DNA from: Calditrichia bacterium
Lineage (GTDB): Bacteria > Calditrichota > Calditrichia > JAJRVZ01
DNA length: 64,000 bases
Assembly: GCA_963796965.1 (NCBI GenBank)
Contig: CAWCNS010000006.1
Coordinates: forward strand, 481,179 to 545,178
Direction: 5' to 3'
Shown: positions 12,156 to 22,884 of the stretch, in pieces
Layout: every line of letters begins with the position of its first letter
Position numbering within the stretch: position 1 is the first letter of the stretch
The notes under the pieces: model-generated
What the model was told of the DNA's origin: nothing
The model's database searches: none
What the model saw: the letters and a program-made list of their open reading frames with translations, nothing else
Translations under genes and position numbers: made by a program

Positions 12156-12770
12156 ATGAAGGAAGATCTTCCGTTTTCATTGGGTAGAGTGATAATTTTA
12201 TTTACTTTTTTATTTATAATTTATCCAGAATCCAATTTACTTTTTGCCTCTGAAACCTCGCTTCCCTTTTCCAAAATTGCACTAAGATTTAATGGTGCTC
12301 ATAATTCAAATCAGAACATATTTCACGAATTCTGGGAACCGGAATTTGGTGCAGAATTTATTGTTGAAATGCCTTTTTATTTGGCTGAGATCCAGGGAGG
12401 AATCCACCTTTATCCCTATAGCGGACGGTCTGAATATCAACCAGATTTTTTGAGTGTTTTTATATTTATCGGATGGGGAGCTGATATTGACCTTTATAGA
12501 AAACTAAGTTGGTATAATGGCATACAGATTGGCAGTTATCAAATGTCATTTGATGACAGTGATATACATGAATCACAGGCATTGGAAAGTGAATTGGGGG
12601 TAGGATTTAATACCCGATTTGAATTTAGATGGTCAAAGTCATGGTCAGTTCAGACGGGGGCTGCCTATATGTATATCTATACAAAAAAACCGATTGAACT
12701 CTTTATGATTACTGCCGGATTGTCATATACCTTTGATACACCGATTTGGTTAACGGAATTTTTAAAATGA
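12156..12770 (+). CDS. Outer-membrane beta-barrel protein, function unknown
   Basis: AAGGAG RBS before ATG 12156; signal peptide; amphipathic aromatic beta strands ending AGLSYTFD; ATGA overlap with the next gene. Confidence 0.65.
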   Translation: MKEDLPFSLGRVIILFTFLFIIYPESNLLFASETSLPFSKIALRFNGAHNSNQNIFHEFWEPEFGAEFIVEMPFYLAEIQGGIHLYPYSGRSEYQPDFLSVFIFIGWGADIDLYRKLSWYNGIQIGSYQMSFDDSDIHESQALESELGVGFNTRFEFRWSKSWSVQTGAAYMYIYTKKPIELFMITAGLSYTFDTPIWLTEFLK

Positions 12771-14725
12771 GAGGAATAATCACTGCGATAATTATTTTTC
12801 TGTTTTTGTTGCCAGCTTACGCGCTTTCAGCAGGTGAACAAAACGGTCAATTAAAACATACTCTTTATCGAAATCAGTTAAATCATGCTGGTTTGGTTCG
12901 GCTTTCAGATATTCTGTCTTTGATTGATGAGTTTGATTATTTTTCGATTGATGGGTTCACCTGGCAAGCAACTCTTAAAGATTTTGATCTGTATCAGCAG
13001 CAAAACTGGATTTTAATGGTAAATGATCAAACCATTCAAACTAAATTGTTTGATACAATCGAACTGAATCTTCTACCCTTTAGTACTGATCATATTGATT
13101 CTATAGATGTATTTATTTTCCCTCAACTAATTAATTCTGAGTTCTCTGATAAAGGTATCATACATATACATACAAAAAAAATTGAGCAGGGCGTTACATT
13201 ACAAGGCCAGCTTACAGCGGGAAATAGAACAGGGGATCCCGGTCCCTGGCGCTATACAGAATATTGGAGTGAAAACATTGATCGTATAGCTGCTGATGAA
13301 TCTTATTGGTTAGCTTATGCGGACTCAAATGTTAACGTAGGCTTTGGACATTATGTTCAAGTCTATTATCCTACAGATCCGCGAATGACTGATAGGTTAA
13401 GAGATATTTATACTGAACACAATCCTTATATAAGTAGTAAATCCTATATGTTTAAAGCCGGTTTATCAAAGGCATTTAGCCGCCCACAATTTGAAGTTTT
13501 TCAAACAACAATGGAAGATCTTTATTTTTTTAAACCGGCGGGCCGCGAAATACCTACAAATCAAGATTTTACATTTATGGGATTATCAGGAGGAGAAGAA
13601 CTATCAGGAGGATTTAATTTTAGATATAGACTGTTCTATCAGAAACACAAACTTGAAAAACGTCCAAATAAATATAACTATGATTTTGATTGGGGAGTAG
13701 AGGAATTTGGAGGGGATATACAATCAGGGTTTTATAATAAATATGGCAGGTCTCAACTAGGTGTTGGAGTTAAGCAAATTCAGGCAAATACAGGATATGA
13801 TTTATCACAAAGGTATCTCTCCAGTGGAAAAGTCTATGGATCCTATCAATATTTTGGTTTTACGGGTCATTCACCGGGTATATCAGGGATGTATGAGTTC
13901 GGTGATGCAGGAAGAGTGATCAACTTGTCTATCAAAGATAAATTCCAGACATCAGATTTTTGGGCCTTAACCGGTGTATTTTCATTCTCAGAAACAAGTA
14001 TCCTGGAAGAAAATACACTTTGGTATTGGTCTGAAAGCGGCTACGATATTGTATCGGATCTTGGTGGTTCATACGAGATTGAGGGAACATTATTGCCGGC
14101 AAAACAATGGACGTTTGATCTGTTATTAACGAGGACAGGAGAAAAATGGCAGGCTTTTGAGGGAGGGGTTTCATTCCGCCGCTTTATATCTAAAAATTGG
14201 GAAGTACAACCACTAATATATGATCCTGAACATAAAACCACTTCTGGTAAAGTAATGATCAAAACAGTTCAGTCTAACAGTCGGGGACGGCTCTTTTTGA
14301 AGTTGAATTACCGCGGTCCTGATCCTATTAGTCATCATTTGTACTACCATTATTCAACGACATTAGAGACAACCTCACAAATGCAGGATCTATGGAAATC
14401 TGTACCTGAACATCGTGCCATCTACCGGATCACTTACAATCCTGTTGAAAGTTTTTCAATTTGGTCTATGTTTAAATATCAATCATCGGTTTTTTGGTAT
14501 GATTATCATAATGTGGAAGAACAGAGTCTGGGCAAATATTCAGCCCAATTATCGGATATTATTACCTTTGACCTTGCTATAAATAAATGGCTATGGGATA
14601 AGAGAATTAAAATCGATGTTATCTTTAGAAATATATTTAACCGGGAAAGCATTTATTTCCCTATAGGGGCATCTTTAGATTTACGTTTTTATGCCCAGGC
14701 AGAATTCTACTTTAATTTTCTGTAA
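12767..14725 (+). CDS. TonB-dependent-receptor-like outer-membrane protein
   Basis: Signal peptide; plug-like LSDILSLI...IDSIDV...GIIHIHTK; RNIFN near the end; C-terminal YAQAEFYFNFL beta signal. Confidence 0.65.
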   Translation: MRGIITAIIIFLFLLPAYALSAGEQNGQLKHTLYRNQLNHAGLVRLSDILSLIDEFDYFSIDGFTWQATLKDFDLYQQQNWILMVNDQTIQTKLFDTIELNLLPFSTDHIDSIDVFIFPQLINSEFSDKGIIHIHTKKIEQGVTLQGQLTAGNRTGDPGPWRYTEYWSENIDRIAADESYWLAYADSNVNVGFGHYVQVYYPTDPRMTDRLRDIYTEHNPYISSKSYMFKAGLSKAFSRPQFEVFQTTMEDLYFFKPAGREIPTNQDFTFMGLSGGEELSGGFNFRYRLFYQKHKLEKRPNKYNYDFDWGVEEFGGDIQSGFYNKYGRSQLGVGVKQIQANTGYDLSQRYLSSGKVYGSYQYFGFTGHSPGISGMYEFGDAGRVINLSIKDKFQTSDFWALTGVFSFSETSILEENTLWYWSESGYDIVSDLGGSYEIEGTLLPAKQWTFDLLLTRTGEKWQAFEGGVSFRRFISKNWEVQPLIYDPEHKTTSGKVMIKTVQSNSRGRLFLKLNYRGPDPISHHLYYHYSTTLETTSQMQDLWKSVPEHRAIYRITYNPVESFSIWSMFKYQSSVFWYDYHNVEEQSLGKYSAQLSDIITFDLAINKWLWDKRIKIDVIFRNIFNRESIYFPIGASLDLRFYAQAEFYFNFL

Positions 14726-14759
14726 ATTTCTGTCATTAGTCATCATAATTAAAAAATTT

Positions 14760-14825
14760 ACCACAGAATTACACGGACCAATTAAAATCCTAATTTATTT
14801 ATCAAGGTGCGTGTCTATCTATGGT
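14760..14825. repeat. Degenerate 9-mer-unit inverted-repeat element
   Basis: ACCACAGAATTACACGGA ... GCGTGTCTATCTATGGT. Confidence 0.45.
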
Positions 14826-14850
14826 TCAGCAATTTTATTTGGAGAAGTAA

Positions 14851-16500
14851 ATGGGTGTTCATGCAAGGGCCGGAAAACCGGCGATTCAGGAAAATCTGAC
14901 CAATATACCACAACTGGTAGCGGCTTACTATACCAATAAGCCAGATGCTGGAGAGCGATCACAAAAAATCACATTTGGCACATCGGGCCATCGCGGTTCA
15001 TCATTAAAAACCACATTTAATGAAGATCACATTCTGGCTATTTGTCAGTCAGTCAGCGAAGTCAGGCGCGCTAATGGTATCACAGGACCTTTATTCATTG
15101 GTAAAGATACCCATGCACTTTCAGAGCCGGCCTTCCTGACAGCTATTGAAGTCTTTGCTGCAAATGAGATTCCCCTGATGATTGATGAGAAGATGGGTTA
15201 TACCCCAACACCAGTCATTTCCCATGCGATATTAACCTATAATGCTAAACAGAGCGATTCATTTGCTGATGGGGTCGTGATTACGCCCTCACATAATCCA
15301 CCTGAAGATGGCGGATTTAAATATAATCCTCCCAATGGGGGCCCGGCAGAATCGGGTATTACTAAAATGATCGAAGAGCGGGCCAATGATATTATCAAAG
15401 GTGGTCTCAGGGATGTGCGGCGTGTTTCAGTTGAAAAAGGCTTGGCAAAGCTCACGACCAAACGTTATGACTTTATTACACCCTATATAAAGGATCTTGA
15501 AAATGTTGTAGATATGGACGTAATTGCTTCCGCAAAAGTAAAAATTGGAGTTGATCCCATGGGCGGGGCTGGTATTGCTTATTGGGAACCCCTTTCAGAC
15601 TTCTATCATCTTGATATCGAAGTGGTTAACAATAAAATTGACCCGACATTTGCATTTATGACGTTAGATAGAGATGGTAAGATCAGAATGGATTGTTCCT
15701 CTCCTTATGCAATGCGTAGCTTAATTAATCTTAAAGATAAATTTGATATAGCTTTTGGCAATGATCCCGATTATGATCGTCACGGAATTGTTACAAAAAA
15801 TGGAGGGCTTCTTAATCCAAATCATTATCTCAGTGTGGCAATAAATTATCTGTTTACAAATCGTAGAAAGTGGTCTTCAAACGCTGCCATAGGAAAAACG
15901 CTTGTTTCAAGTGCCATGATTGATAAGGTGGGATACGATCTTAAGAAGAGGGTTGTTGAGGTACCGGTGGGGTTCAAATGGTTTGTAGACGGATTGGCAA
16001 CCGGTGAATTTGGATTTGGCGGAGAGGAAAGTGCCGGTGCATCATTCCTAAGAATGAATGGAGATGTTTGGACAACAGATAAGGACGGAATTATTATGGA
16101 TCTATTGGCGGCAGAGATCACAGCTAAAACAGAGATGGATCCTGCCATACATTATCAAGATCTCCAGAAAAAATTCGGGGAACCTGTCTATGAAAGAATA
16201 GATGCTCCTGCAGGACAGGATGAAAAAAAAGTGCTTGCAAACCTAAAGCCAGAACTCATTAAAGCAGATAACCTTGCCGGAGAAAAGATAATTACAAAAT
16301 TAACCCATGCCCCGGGCAATAAGGCACCCATTGGTGGGTTAAAAGTTACAACTGAGAATGGGTGGTTTGCCGCGAGACCTTCAGGTACGGAAGATATATA
16401 TAAAATCTATGCGGAAAGTTTTATAGGAAAAGACCATCTTGCTCAAATTCAGGAGGAAGCACAAGAAATTGTAAACACTGCTCTTCGAGCATTTGGTTAG
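14851..16500 (+). CDS. pgm: Phosphoglucomutase (alpha-D-glucose-1,6-bisphosphate-dependent)
   Basis: FGTSGHRG, phosphoserine loop TPSHNP, metal loop DPDYDR, GEESAG, RPSGTE. Confidence 0.95.
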   Translation: MGVHARAGKPAIQENLTNIPQLVAAYYTNKPDAGERSQKITFGTSGHRGSSLKTTFNEDHILAICQSVSEVRRANGITGPLFIGKDTHALSEPAFLTAIEVFAANEIPLMIDEKMGYTPTPVISHAILTYNAKQSDSFADGVVITPSHNPPEDGGFKYNPPNGGPAESGITKMIEERANDIIKGGLRDVRRVSVEKGLAKLTTKRYDFITPYIKDLENVVDMDVIASAKVKIGVDPMGGAGIAYWEPLSDFYHLDIEVVNNKIDPTFAFMTLDRDGKIRMDCSSPYAMRSLINLKDKFDIAFGNDPDYDRHGIVTKNGGLLNPNHYLSVAINYLFTNRRKWSSNAAIGKTLVSSAMIDKVGYDLKKRVVEVPVGFKWFVDGLATGEFGFGGEESAGASFLRMNGDVWTTDKDGIIMDLLAAEITAKTEMDPAIHYQDLQKKFGEPVYERIDAPAGQDEKKVLANLKPELIKADNLAGEKIITKLTHAPGNKAPIGGLKVTTENGWFAARPSGTEDIYKIYAESFIGKDHLAQIQEEAQEIVNTALRAFG

Positions 16501-16537
16501 TTAAATGAATGAATAATATTTCCAGAAAGAATAATTG

Positions 16538-16999
16538 CTATAAATAAGATTCAAGAGTACTATTTTCGAAAGACCTGGCCAGCTGTTGTTCAGCATCAAC
16601 AATTTTCATTTTATGAAACAGACATCCGTTTTTTAAACAACCCTCAATGATTCCACCCTTCGGTAGATGAAATACGAACATCGGTGATGAACATAACTGA
16701 CATGTTTCAGAGGGATCAGTCAGACTTACCCCACACTCGGTACAAAAAAATTCTGCCAGACCACCCTTGGGCATTGCAATTCCTTCGAAAATATTGTCAT
16801 AACTGCCATAGATCGGATCTAAATATAAAAGCCCTTCTTTATCTTTATATTTAACCTTCACTTTAATTGCCGGATGATCGTGAATTTTTACAGAATCATC
16901 ACAACATAAAAGGTGGCCGTTGGGACACGTGGCGTGTTTAACATTCAGCTGATGTGAAGACACCTCTACCTCAATCTGAACTTTTTCCTTATTGGGCAT
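16538..16999 (-). CDS. Cys-rich hypothetical protein, putative Zn-binding
   Basis: GGGAG RBS; CPNGH, CTEC, CQLC, CLKNGCLFH. Confidence 0.7.
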   Translation of the reverse strand: MPNKEKVQIEVEVSSHQLNVKHATCPNGHLLCCDDSVKIHDHPAIKVKVKYKDKEGLLYLDPIYGSYDNIFEGIAMPKGGLAEFFCTECGVSLTDPSETCQLCSSPMFVFHLPKGGIIEGCLKNGCLFHKMKIVDAEQQLARSFENSTLESYL

Positions 17000-17236
17000 C
17001 TTAAACTCCCTGATTTTTGAATAATATATTAAATCTTTTACTCTGTTGCTACAATTTAATATACACAGAATGATTCAAAATGTTTCTTATGAATAATTAA
17101 TTCAGACAAATTAATTTTCAATCGATTATAATTTCCAAAGATAGGTTATTGATAAAACCGTTAAAATTTTACAAATTCGTAATTCGGGTATAATATTAAC
17201 ATTATAATTGGTGTTAGGGAGTTAAAAGAAAATTTT

Positions 17237-18148
17237 ATGAAATCATATAAAAAATTAGCACCGCTATTTGTTGTCCTGGGAGCCAGCCTCTGGGGTGTTG
17301 ATGGAATTGTACTCAGGCCGACACTTTTTACTCTTCCCGTCTCGTTGGTCGTTTTTTTAGAAAGTGCGATTGTTGCTGTATTGTTGACACCGCTATTTGT
17401 CAAACGATTTTCGTCATTTCGGAATCTGGAAGTGGGTGATTGGCTGGCTTTAGCAGGGGTTGCCATATTTGGTGGTGCTTTGGGTACTATGGCCATAACC
17501 CGGGCGTTGTTTTTTGTTAATTATGTGAATTTGTCAATTGTCATCCTGATCCAAAAACTCCAACCGGCCTTTGCCATTATATTTGCTATGCTACTTTTAC
17601 GTGAAAAACCGGCCAAAATATTCTATCTATGGTCTGGCCTGGCTGTTTTTGGGGCTTATTTTCTTACCTTTGGTATGAAACTACCTGTGATAGATTCCGG
17701 TGATAAAACTGCTATTGCCGCTTTATTTGCCCTTATCGCCGCCATCAGTTTTGCTGCTTCCACGGTTTTAAGCAAAAGAGCATTACGCAATATTGACTAT
17801 CGGAACGGAACTTACCTGCGGTTTTTAATCACCGCCATACTGATGTTAATCATTGTAACCTTTCAAAAAGATATTTCATCTGTAACAGAGGTAACTCAGA
17901 ATCAGTGGATAATATTTTTTGTCATTGCTTTTACGTCAGGTGGCACCGCCATTTTTTTCTATTATTACGGACTGAAAGAAATATCTGCCTCCGTTGCCAC
18001 CATCTGCGAATTGGCTTTTCCACTAACAGCTGTAGTTTTAGAATATATATTACGAGGGAATGTATTAGATTGGTTCCAGTGGTTTGGGGCGATTTTGCTT
18101 GTAATTAGTATTATGCAGGTTTCAAGATTGAATAGTGAGGAAAAGTGA
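17237..18148 (+). CDS. DMT/EamA family transporter
   Basis: Ten TM segments in two EamA repeats; SLWG, LLREK, YYYGLKEISAS. Confidence 0.9.
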   Translation: MKSYKKLAPLFVVLGASLWGVDGIVLRPTLFTLPVSLVVFLESAIVAVLLTPLFVKRFSSFRNLEVGDWLALAGVAIFGGALGTMAITRALFFVNYVNLSIVILIQKLQPAFAIIFAMLLLREKPAKIFYLWSGLAVFGAYFLTFGMKLPVIDSGDKTAIAALFALIAAISFAASTVLSKRALRNIDYRNGTYLRFLITAILMLIIVTFQKDISSVTEVTQNQWIIFFVIAFTSGGTAIFFYYYGLKEISASVATICELAFPLTAVVLEYILRGNVLDWFQWFGAILLVISIMQVSRLNSEEK

Positions 18149-18483
18149 AAAAAAACAGAAAAAAAATCGATTGGACAAATCATAATATAATATCAGATTT
18201 TAAATTAAAGCATGAAATTATCGGCTATTATCAGACTTTGATCGACAAGAACATGAAAGAAGATGTATACAATAATTATATCGACGATTATGCAGTACCT
18301 TATGTTTATGAAAATCTTGATTTCCTGAATCAAAAGTTGATTAATAAAAAAGTATTGAGGGAGAAAAAATTTCATAACCTGATTCTTGGTTATTATGCCC
18401 TTCTGGTTCAAAATCTGGAAACGTATAAGACTATCTATGAGAAGGCGGGTGTGTTAAAGGACCGTATTTCATCTTTTAATTGA
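18145..18483 (+). CDS. Hypothetical protein
   Basis: GTGA overlap with the EamA stop and GAGG RBS; 112 aa; no recognised motif. Confidence 0.5.
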   Translation: MKKNRKKIDWTNHNIISDFKLKHEIIGYYQTLIDKNMKEDVYNNYIDDYAVPYVYENLDFLNQKLINKKVLREKKFHNLILGYYALLVQNLETYKTIYEKAGVLKDRISSFN

Positions 18484-18526
18484 AGGACTTTGTACTCCCC
18501 ATATATGGTACATTTCGGGTCCATTC

Positions 18527-20245
18527 TCATTTTTCCTCAAAGTCGTATATTTTCCCCCCAACAATTGTAGAAACAACTTTTGTCTTTAAAATTTCATTCT
18601 CGGGTATTGTCATGATGTCTTTATCAAGAATGACCATATCTGCTAGCTTGCCTGGCGTAAGAGAGCCTTTAATTTCTTCTTCAAAGGCAGCAAATGCGCC
18701 ATTAATTGTATAGGATCGCAAGGCTTCCTGGCGGGTCATACATTGATCAGGATAAAATTGGGATCCATCCGGGAGTTTTCGGGTGATTGCGGCATAGAAA
18801 TTTGCCATCGTATTTATGTCTTCAACGGGTGCATCGGTCCCGTTACAAATATATGCACCAGCCTCCGTTAACTTCTTCCATACATAGGCACCTTCTTTAC
18901 TCCGCTTTTCTCCCAGTCTTTTAGGGACCCAGGGTCCATCCGATGTACAATGTACAGATTGCATAGCGGCAATTACACCCAGCTCCTTAAATCTTGGAAT
19001 ATCAGTTATAGCAAGATGTTGGGCATGTTCAATTCGCCAACGTAAATCCTTTTTTTCCGGATCGATTTTAGAAATCTCTTCATATATATTCAACGTTTCC
19101 TGATTTCCACGATCGCCAATGGCATGGGTGCAAAGTTGAAAACCATTCTCGTAAGCAATTTTTGCAGCCTCCTGCATTTCGCTTATAGCAGTGGTTGGTA
19201 AGCCATTGCTTGATGGCAAATCAGAGTATGGTTTAAGCAACCATGCCCCGCGTGCACCGAGGGCTCCATCCATATATCGTTTGATCGCCCGGACAGTTAA
19301 TTGATTATTGCCATAGCCAAGAATTTTATAATTAGAAATATCCTTTTTCAAATTGTCATTATCTTCACCCAACATTACCCAAAGACGAATGGCCAGTTGC
19401 CCCTGGTCACTCATTTTTTTGTAGAAATCCACTCGTTTAAATGTAGCGCCTGCATCGTGAAAACTGGTTATACCATTTGTTAGGCAAGCTGTCATAGCAG
19501 CCTCAAGAGCTTGACGGTCATAGCTTTCGATCTCTTCGGCACTTCTGTTTTTTTGAGATTCTGCTAATTGCTTGTAAATAAGTTCTTCTGCCGTTTCCAG
19601 GAAGACACCTGTGGGATTGCCCTTGTTATCCCGAATAATACGGCCACCTGGAGGATCAGGGGTGGTTTTATCCACGCCACAAAGTTCGAGTGTCATTTGA
19701 TTTGTCATCATCGCGTGTCCACTGGCATGAGTTAAATAGACTGGATTATTTGGTGAAACAGAACTTAAATCTTTATGGATAGGATACCCTTCAATCAGGG
19801 GCTGAACAGGCTCATCCCATTTTTCCTGGTGCCATCCTCTTCCTATAATCCATTCTCCCGGTTGAAGTTTTGAGGCGGCCTCCTTTACCATTAAAAGTAA
19901 TTCATTCCAATTTTTTGCATGAGTAAGTTGAAGCCTCAGTTTTGAATAACCCAGGCTCATCAGATGGGCATGAGATTCAATGAATCCAGGGATAACGGTT
20001 TTACCTTCTATATTGACCACGGTAGTGTTATCCGCTATAAAGTCTTCGATCTCGGGGTTGGTGCCAACCGCTAAAATGTGATCATCTTTTATAGCAATGG
20101 ACTGAAAAACGTTGTTATCTTTATCCACAGTGTAGATTTTACCATTTGTCAAAACCAGGTTAGCTTTTTCTGTCCCGTCTTGACAACCCAATAGAATTAG
20201 AATACTAACCAGAATTACAGATAAATTTGAAAAAAGATTTTTCAT
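18527..20245 (-). CDS. Amidohydrolase family 3 (YtcJ-like) lipoprotein
   Basis: PGFIESHAH, DGALGARGA, HAIGD, WRIEHAQH, GTDAPVE, GSLTPGKLADMVILD; lipobox LLGC. Confidence 0.9.
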   Translation of the reverse strand: MKNLFSNLSVILVSILILLGCQDGTEKANLVLTNGKIYTVDKDNNVFQSIAIKDDHILAVGTNPEIEDFIADNTTVVNIEGKTVIPGFIESHAHLMSLGYSKLRLQLTHAKNWNELLLMVKEAASKLQPGEWIIGRGWHQEKWDEPVQPLIEGYPIHKDLSSVSPNNPVYLTHASGHAMMTNQMTLELCGVDKTTPDPPGGRIIRDNKGNPTGVFLETAEELIYKQLAESQKNRSAEEIESYDRQALEAAMTACLTNGITSFHDAGATFKRVDFYKKMSDQGQLAIRLWVMLGEDNDNLKKDISNYKILGYGNNQLTVRAIKRYMDGALGARGAWLLKPYSDLPSSNGLPTTAISEMQEAAKIAYENGFQLCTHAIGDRGNQETLNIYEEISKIDPEKKDLRWRIEHAQHLAITDIPRFKELGVIAAMQSVHCTSDGPWVPKRLGEKRSKEGAYVWKKLTEAGAYICNGTDAPVEDINTMANFYAAITRKLPDGSQFYPDQCMTRQEALRSYTINGAFAAFEEEIKGSLTPGKLADMVILDKDIMTIPENEILKTKVVSTIVGGKIYDFEEK

Positions 20246-20361
20246 TTTAAAATCCTTATAATTGTTTTATAATAAAGATATAAATATTTTAATATAATCG
20301 TAACTTTTTTAAGATAATAAATTAACTTATCTGAGAATAAGAATCATGATTTCTTAAGGGG

Positions 20362-21111
20362 ATGTTTATGCGATTTTACATGGCAGTAGTTATTGCTCTT
20401 CTAATCTCTTTTTGGGGATGTAAGGACCAAGCCAAGGTATCAAAATTCTCTGAAGGAGTGATGATACTGGAGTGGTCGAAAAATGGAACGGGCAACCATG
20501 CTAAGCTTATTGAGGTAGAGGTCAAAATTGAGATGTTGGAAGAGCAAATTATGACAGAGATATCAGGAGTTATTGAAAAAGTTTTTGTTCAGATAGGAGA
20601 CACGGTTCATGCCAATGAACCATTAGCAAAATATGATGATCAACACCTCAAATCGGATATGAATCGTATAAATGAAATGTTAACTAAATTAAAGGACAAT
20701 CAAATTAAAAGCAGTGAATTATATGCAAAAAAATTAATAAGTAGGGATGAATTTAATAAACAAAATATAAAATATAACCAGTTGCGAACATCATTCAAGG
20801 AGAGTAAGGAAAAACTGGAAAAATCAATTATTTATGCATCTACAGATGGTGTTGTTAAGACAACAGTGGTTGGTGCTAATATACCTGTTAAAGAGAATAG
20901 CCCCGCTTTCATTTTAATACGATTGGATTCAGCGGATGTAAATTTTGTTTTGAATGCTACAATGGAAGAGAAATTTACTGTAGGAGATACATTGATACTC
21001 AAAGAAGTTGCTGACGATAAAAACACCTTTGATGGCAGATTAATTTCAATAACATCATCAAACCAAAATAAATTAAAGGTGAATAATTTGGTCATTCGTG
21101 TAAAAAGATGA
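20362..21111 (+). CDS. RND-type membrane fusion (periplasmic adaptor)-like lipoprotein, short
   Basis: Lipobox FWGC; lipoyl half-motifs ISGVIEKVFVQIGDTV and IYASTDGVV flanking a coiled coil. Confidence 0.7.
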   Translation: MFMRFYMAVVIALLISFWGCKDQAKVSKFSEGVMILEWSKNGTGNHAKLIEVEVKIEMLEEQIMTEISGVIEKVFVQIGDTVHANEPLAKYDDQHLKSDMNRINEMLTKLKDNQIKSSELYAKKLISRDEFNKQNIKYNQLRTSFKESKEKLEKSIIYASTDGVVKTTVVGANIPVKENSPAFILIRLDSADVNFVLNATMEEKFTVGDTLILKEVADDKNTFDGRLISITSSNQNKLKVNNLVIRVKR

Positions 21112-21210
21112 ACAAGATAAATGAAGGCAGGCTCCATCTAACTGTAGAAGAAAACGAGTCAGATCAAAATAAGCTATCGGGAACTTAACAAAGTGAGGGA
21201 TTTCGAATTA

Positions 21211-22771
21211 TTAATCAATACGACCTTTTCGACGCCAGCGAAAAGAAGTTATACCCATTTCGGTACTTATCCAGATATGCTTTCCATCTACCTCAAGATG
21301 GTACGTATCATTATCAATTAAACCATCATCTTTGGTAAACAATCGCCAGTAGTCCTGTTTCCGATCGTATTTTAACAATCCGATATCAGTGGCAAACCAG
21401 ATCGTGTTTTTTGTTTTTGCAATATCTCTGATCTCTGCACCAAGAATAAGTCCTGGAAAACTATGCCATTCATCAGATTTTCTATCCCAATAGGCAATAC
21501 CGCTTCTATTGGCTATCCATATTTCTTTACCAATAACTTCTACTGCTGTAAGGTTATAATCAGGAAGCACTGCCCGTGAGCCATGAAAAATAATTTCTTC
21601 TGTAATAGGATCTATCTGATAAAGACCAAACTTTGTTGCTGCCCATATGGAACTATCATCATGAGACTAACTGATTTACCTGCACATTATCTAGTGTTGT
21701 TTCATGGGATTCATGTGGTTCGAAGGAGGGGAGATTCAGCCAATTAAGTCCATATAGTGTAGCAATATACACTTTGTCCTGGAAAGATAATACATCATAA
21801 ACCCAGTCACCCTCTAATCCATCTCTCGAATCGACTGTTTTCCATTTCATTTTTCTTTTATCCAGAATTGCCAGGCCATGAATTGTTGCAAAAAAAATGT
21901 ATTTTTCATTTCCATCAATGGCAAAGACGTCATCTTTGTATAGTTCTGAAATTGAAAAGGCTTCAAAGTATTCCCATAAATCTTCATATTGATCCCAGTG
22001 AGCAATGCCAGCAGGAGCGTCACTTTTTCTGAGCCCTCCTATCCAGATATCATCACCGTCGATATAAAGATCACGGGGTGAAATATCTGGAATTGATTGT
22101 GGCATGGCCTTGAGAAAGGTATGATCAAGGTCTGCCATTAATGGTCCATAGCCATCAGAACCAATCCATAACCTTCGCCAGGAATCAGTAATTCTATCAG
22201 TAAACTGATATTGACGGTTATAGCGGTCATAAAAAATTCCTCCCAGGTGATACATAATGGATACGCGGGTAAAAAAATCAGGCAATTCACTATTTGAAGG
22301 GCGATAAAGAGGAGGGAAGCGAAATCTATCATTATTGTTATTGGAGAAACCTGACAAATCTAGTTTAGATGGCATTCTTGAAGGGGGCATGCGAAAATCT
22401 GTAGCAGGGCGCCAAAATTTTTCTGCTGGTCTGTAAACGTCTATTCCCTCGGGTGTTTGCGCGTAAAGGGAGCCATCAGTTTGGTTATACACCACTTTGA
22501 AAATGGTATTACTACGAAGGCCGCTACTGGTAGTGAAGGGAGGTTTCCATTTTTCAGAATATTTATCAAATCGTAAAATTCCTCCGGAACGGCTGCCGAA
22601 ATAAATGAAATTTTCATCAATATCAACAGACGTTATATGTAAAGCTGGTGCATAAGACACCCAGTCGTTAATAGTATACTGTGTGAATCGATCTGCCGAC
22701 AATTGGTGGATTATCTGTGCCGGGAGGAAGTTAACAAGTAAAAACAGCAAGAATAATAACTTTGACATCAC
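21211..22771 (-). CDS. Secreted beta-propeller (Reg_prop-like) protein; frameshift near 21665
   Basis: Repeats TTSSGLRSN, DSRDGLEGD, TKDDGLIDND with IWIG/IWFAT strands. Removing one base gives VNQLAHDDSSIWAATKFG and joins the two ORFs. Confidence 0.7.
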
Positions 22772-22884
22772 CGTTTCCCCTGATATGGAGATATGGGCAA
22801 TGCCCCTGATACCAGGTACATTGCTCTTATGAGTTGTTTGTCGTTGGTTTAAAGGGAAGATGCAAAAATCCCATCTTTTATTTA

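Noticed and set aside
22772..22884. Riboswitch between the aminotransferase fusion and the propeller gene
   Set aside because: Two hairpins are possible but match no aptamer consensus I recognise.
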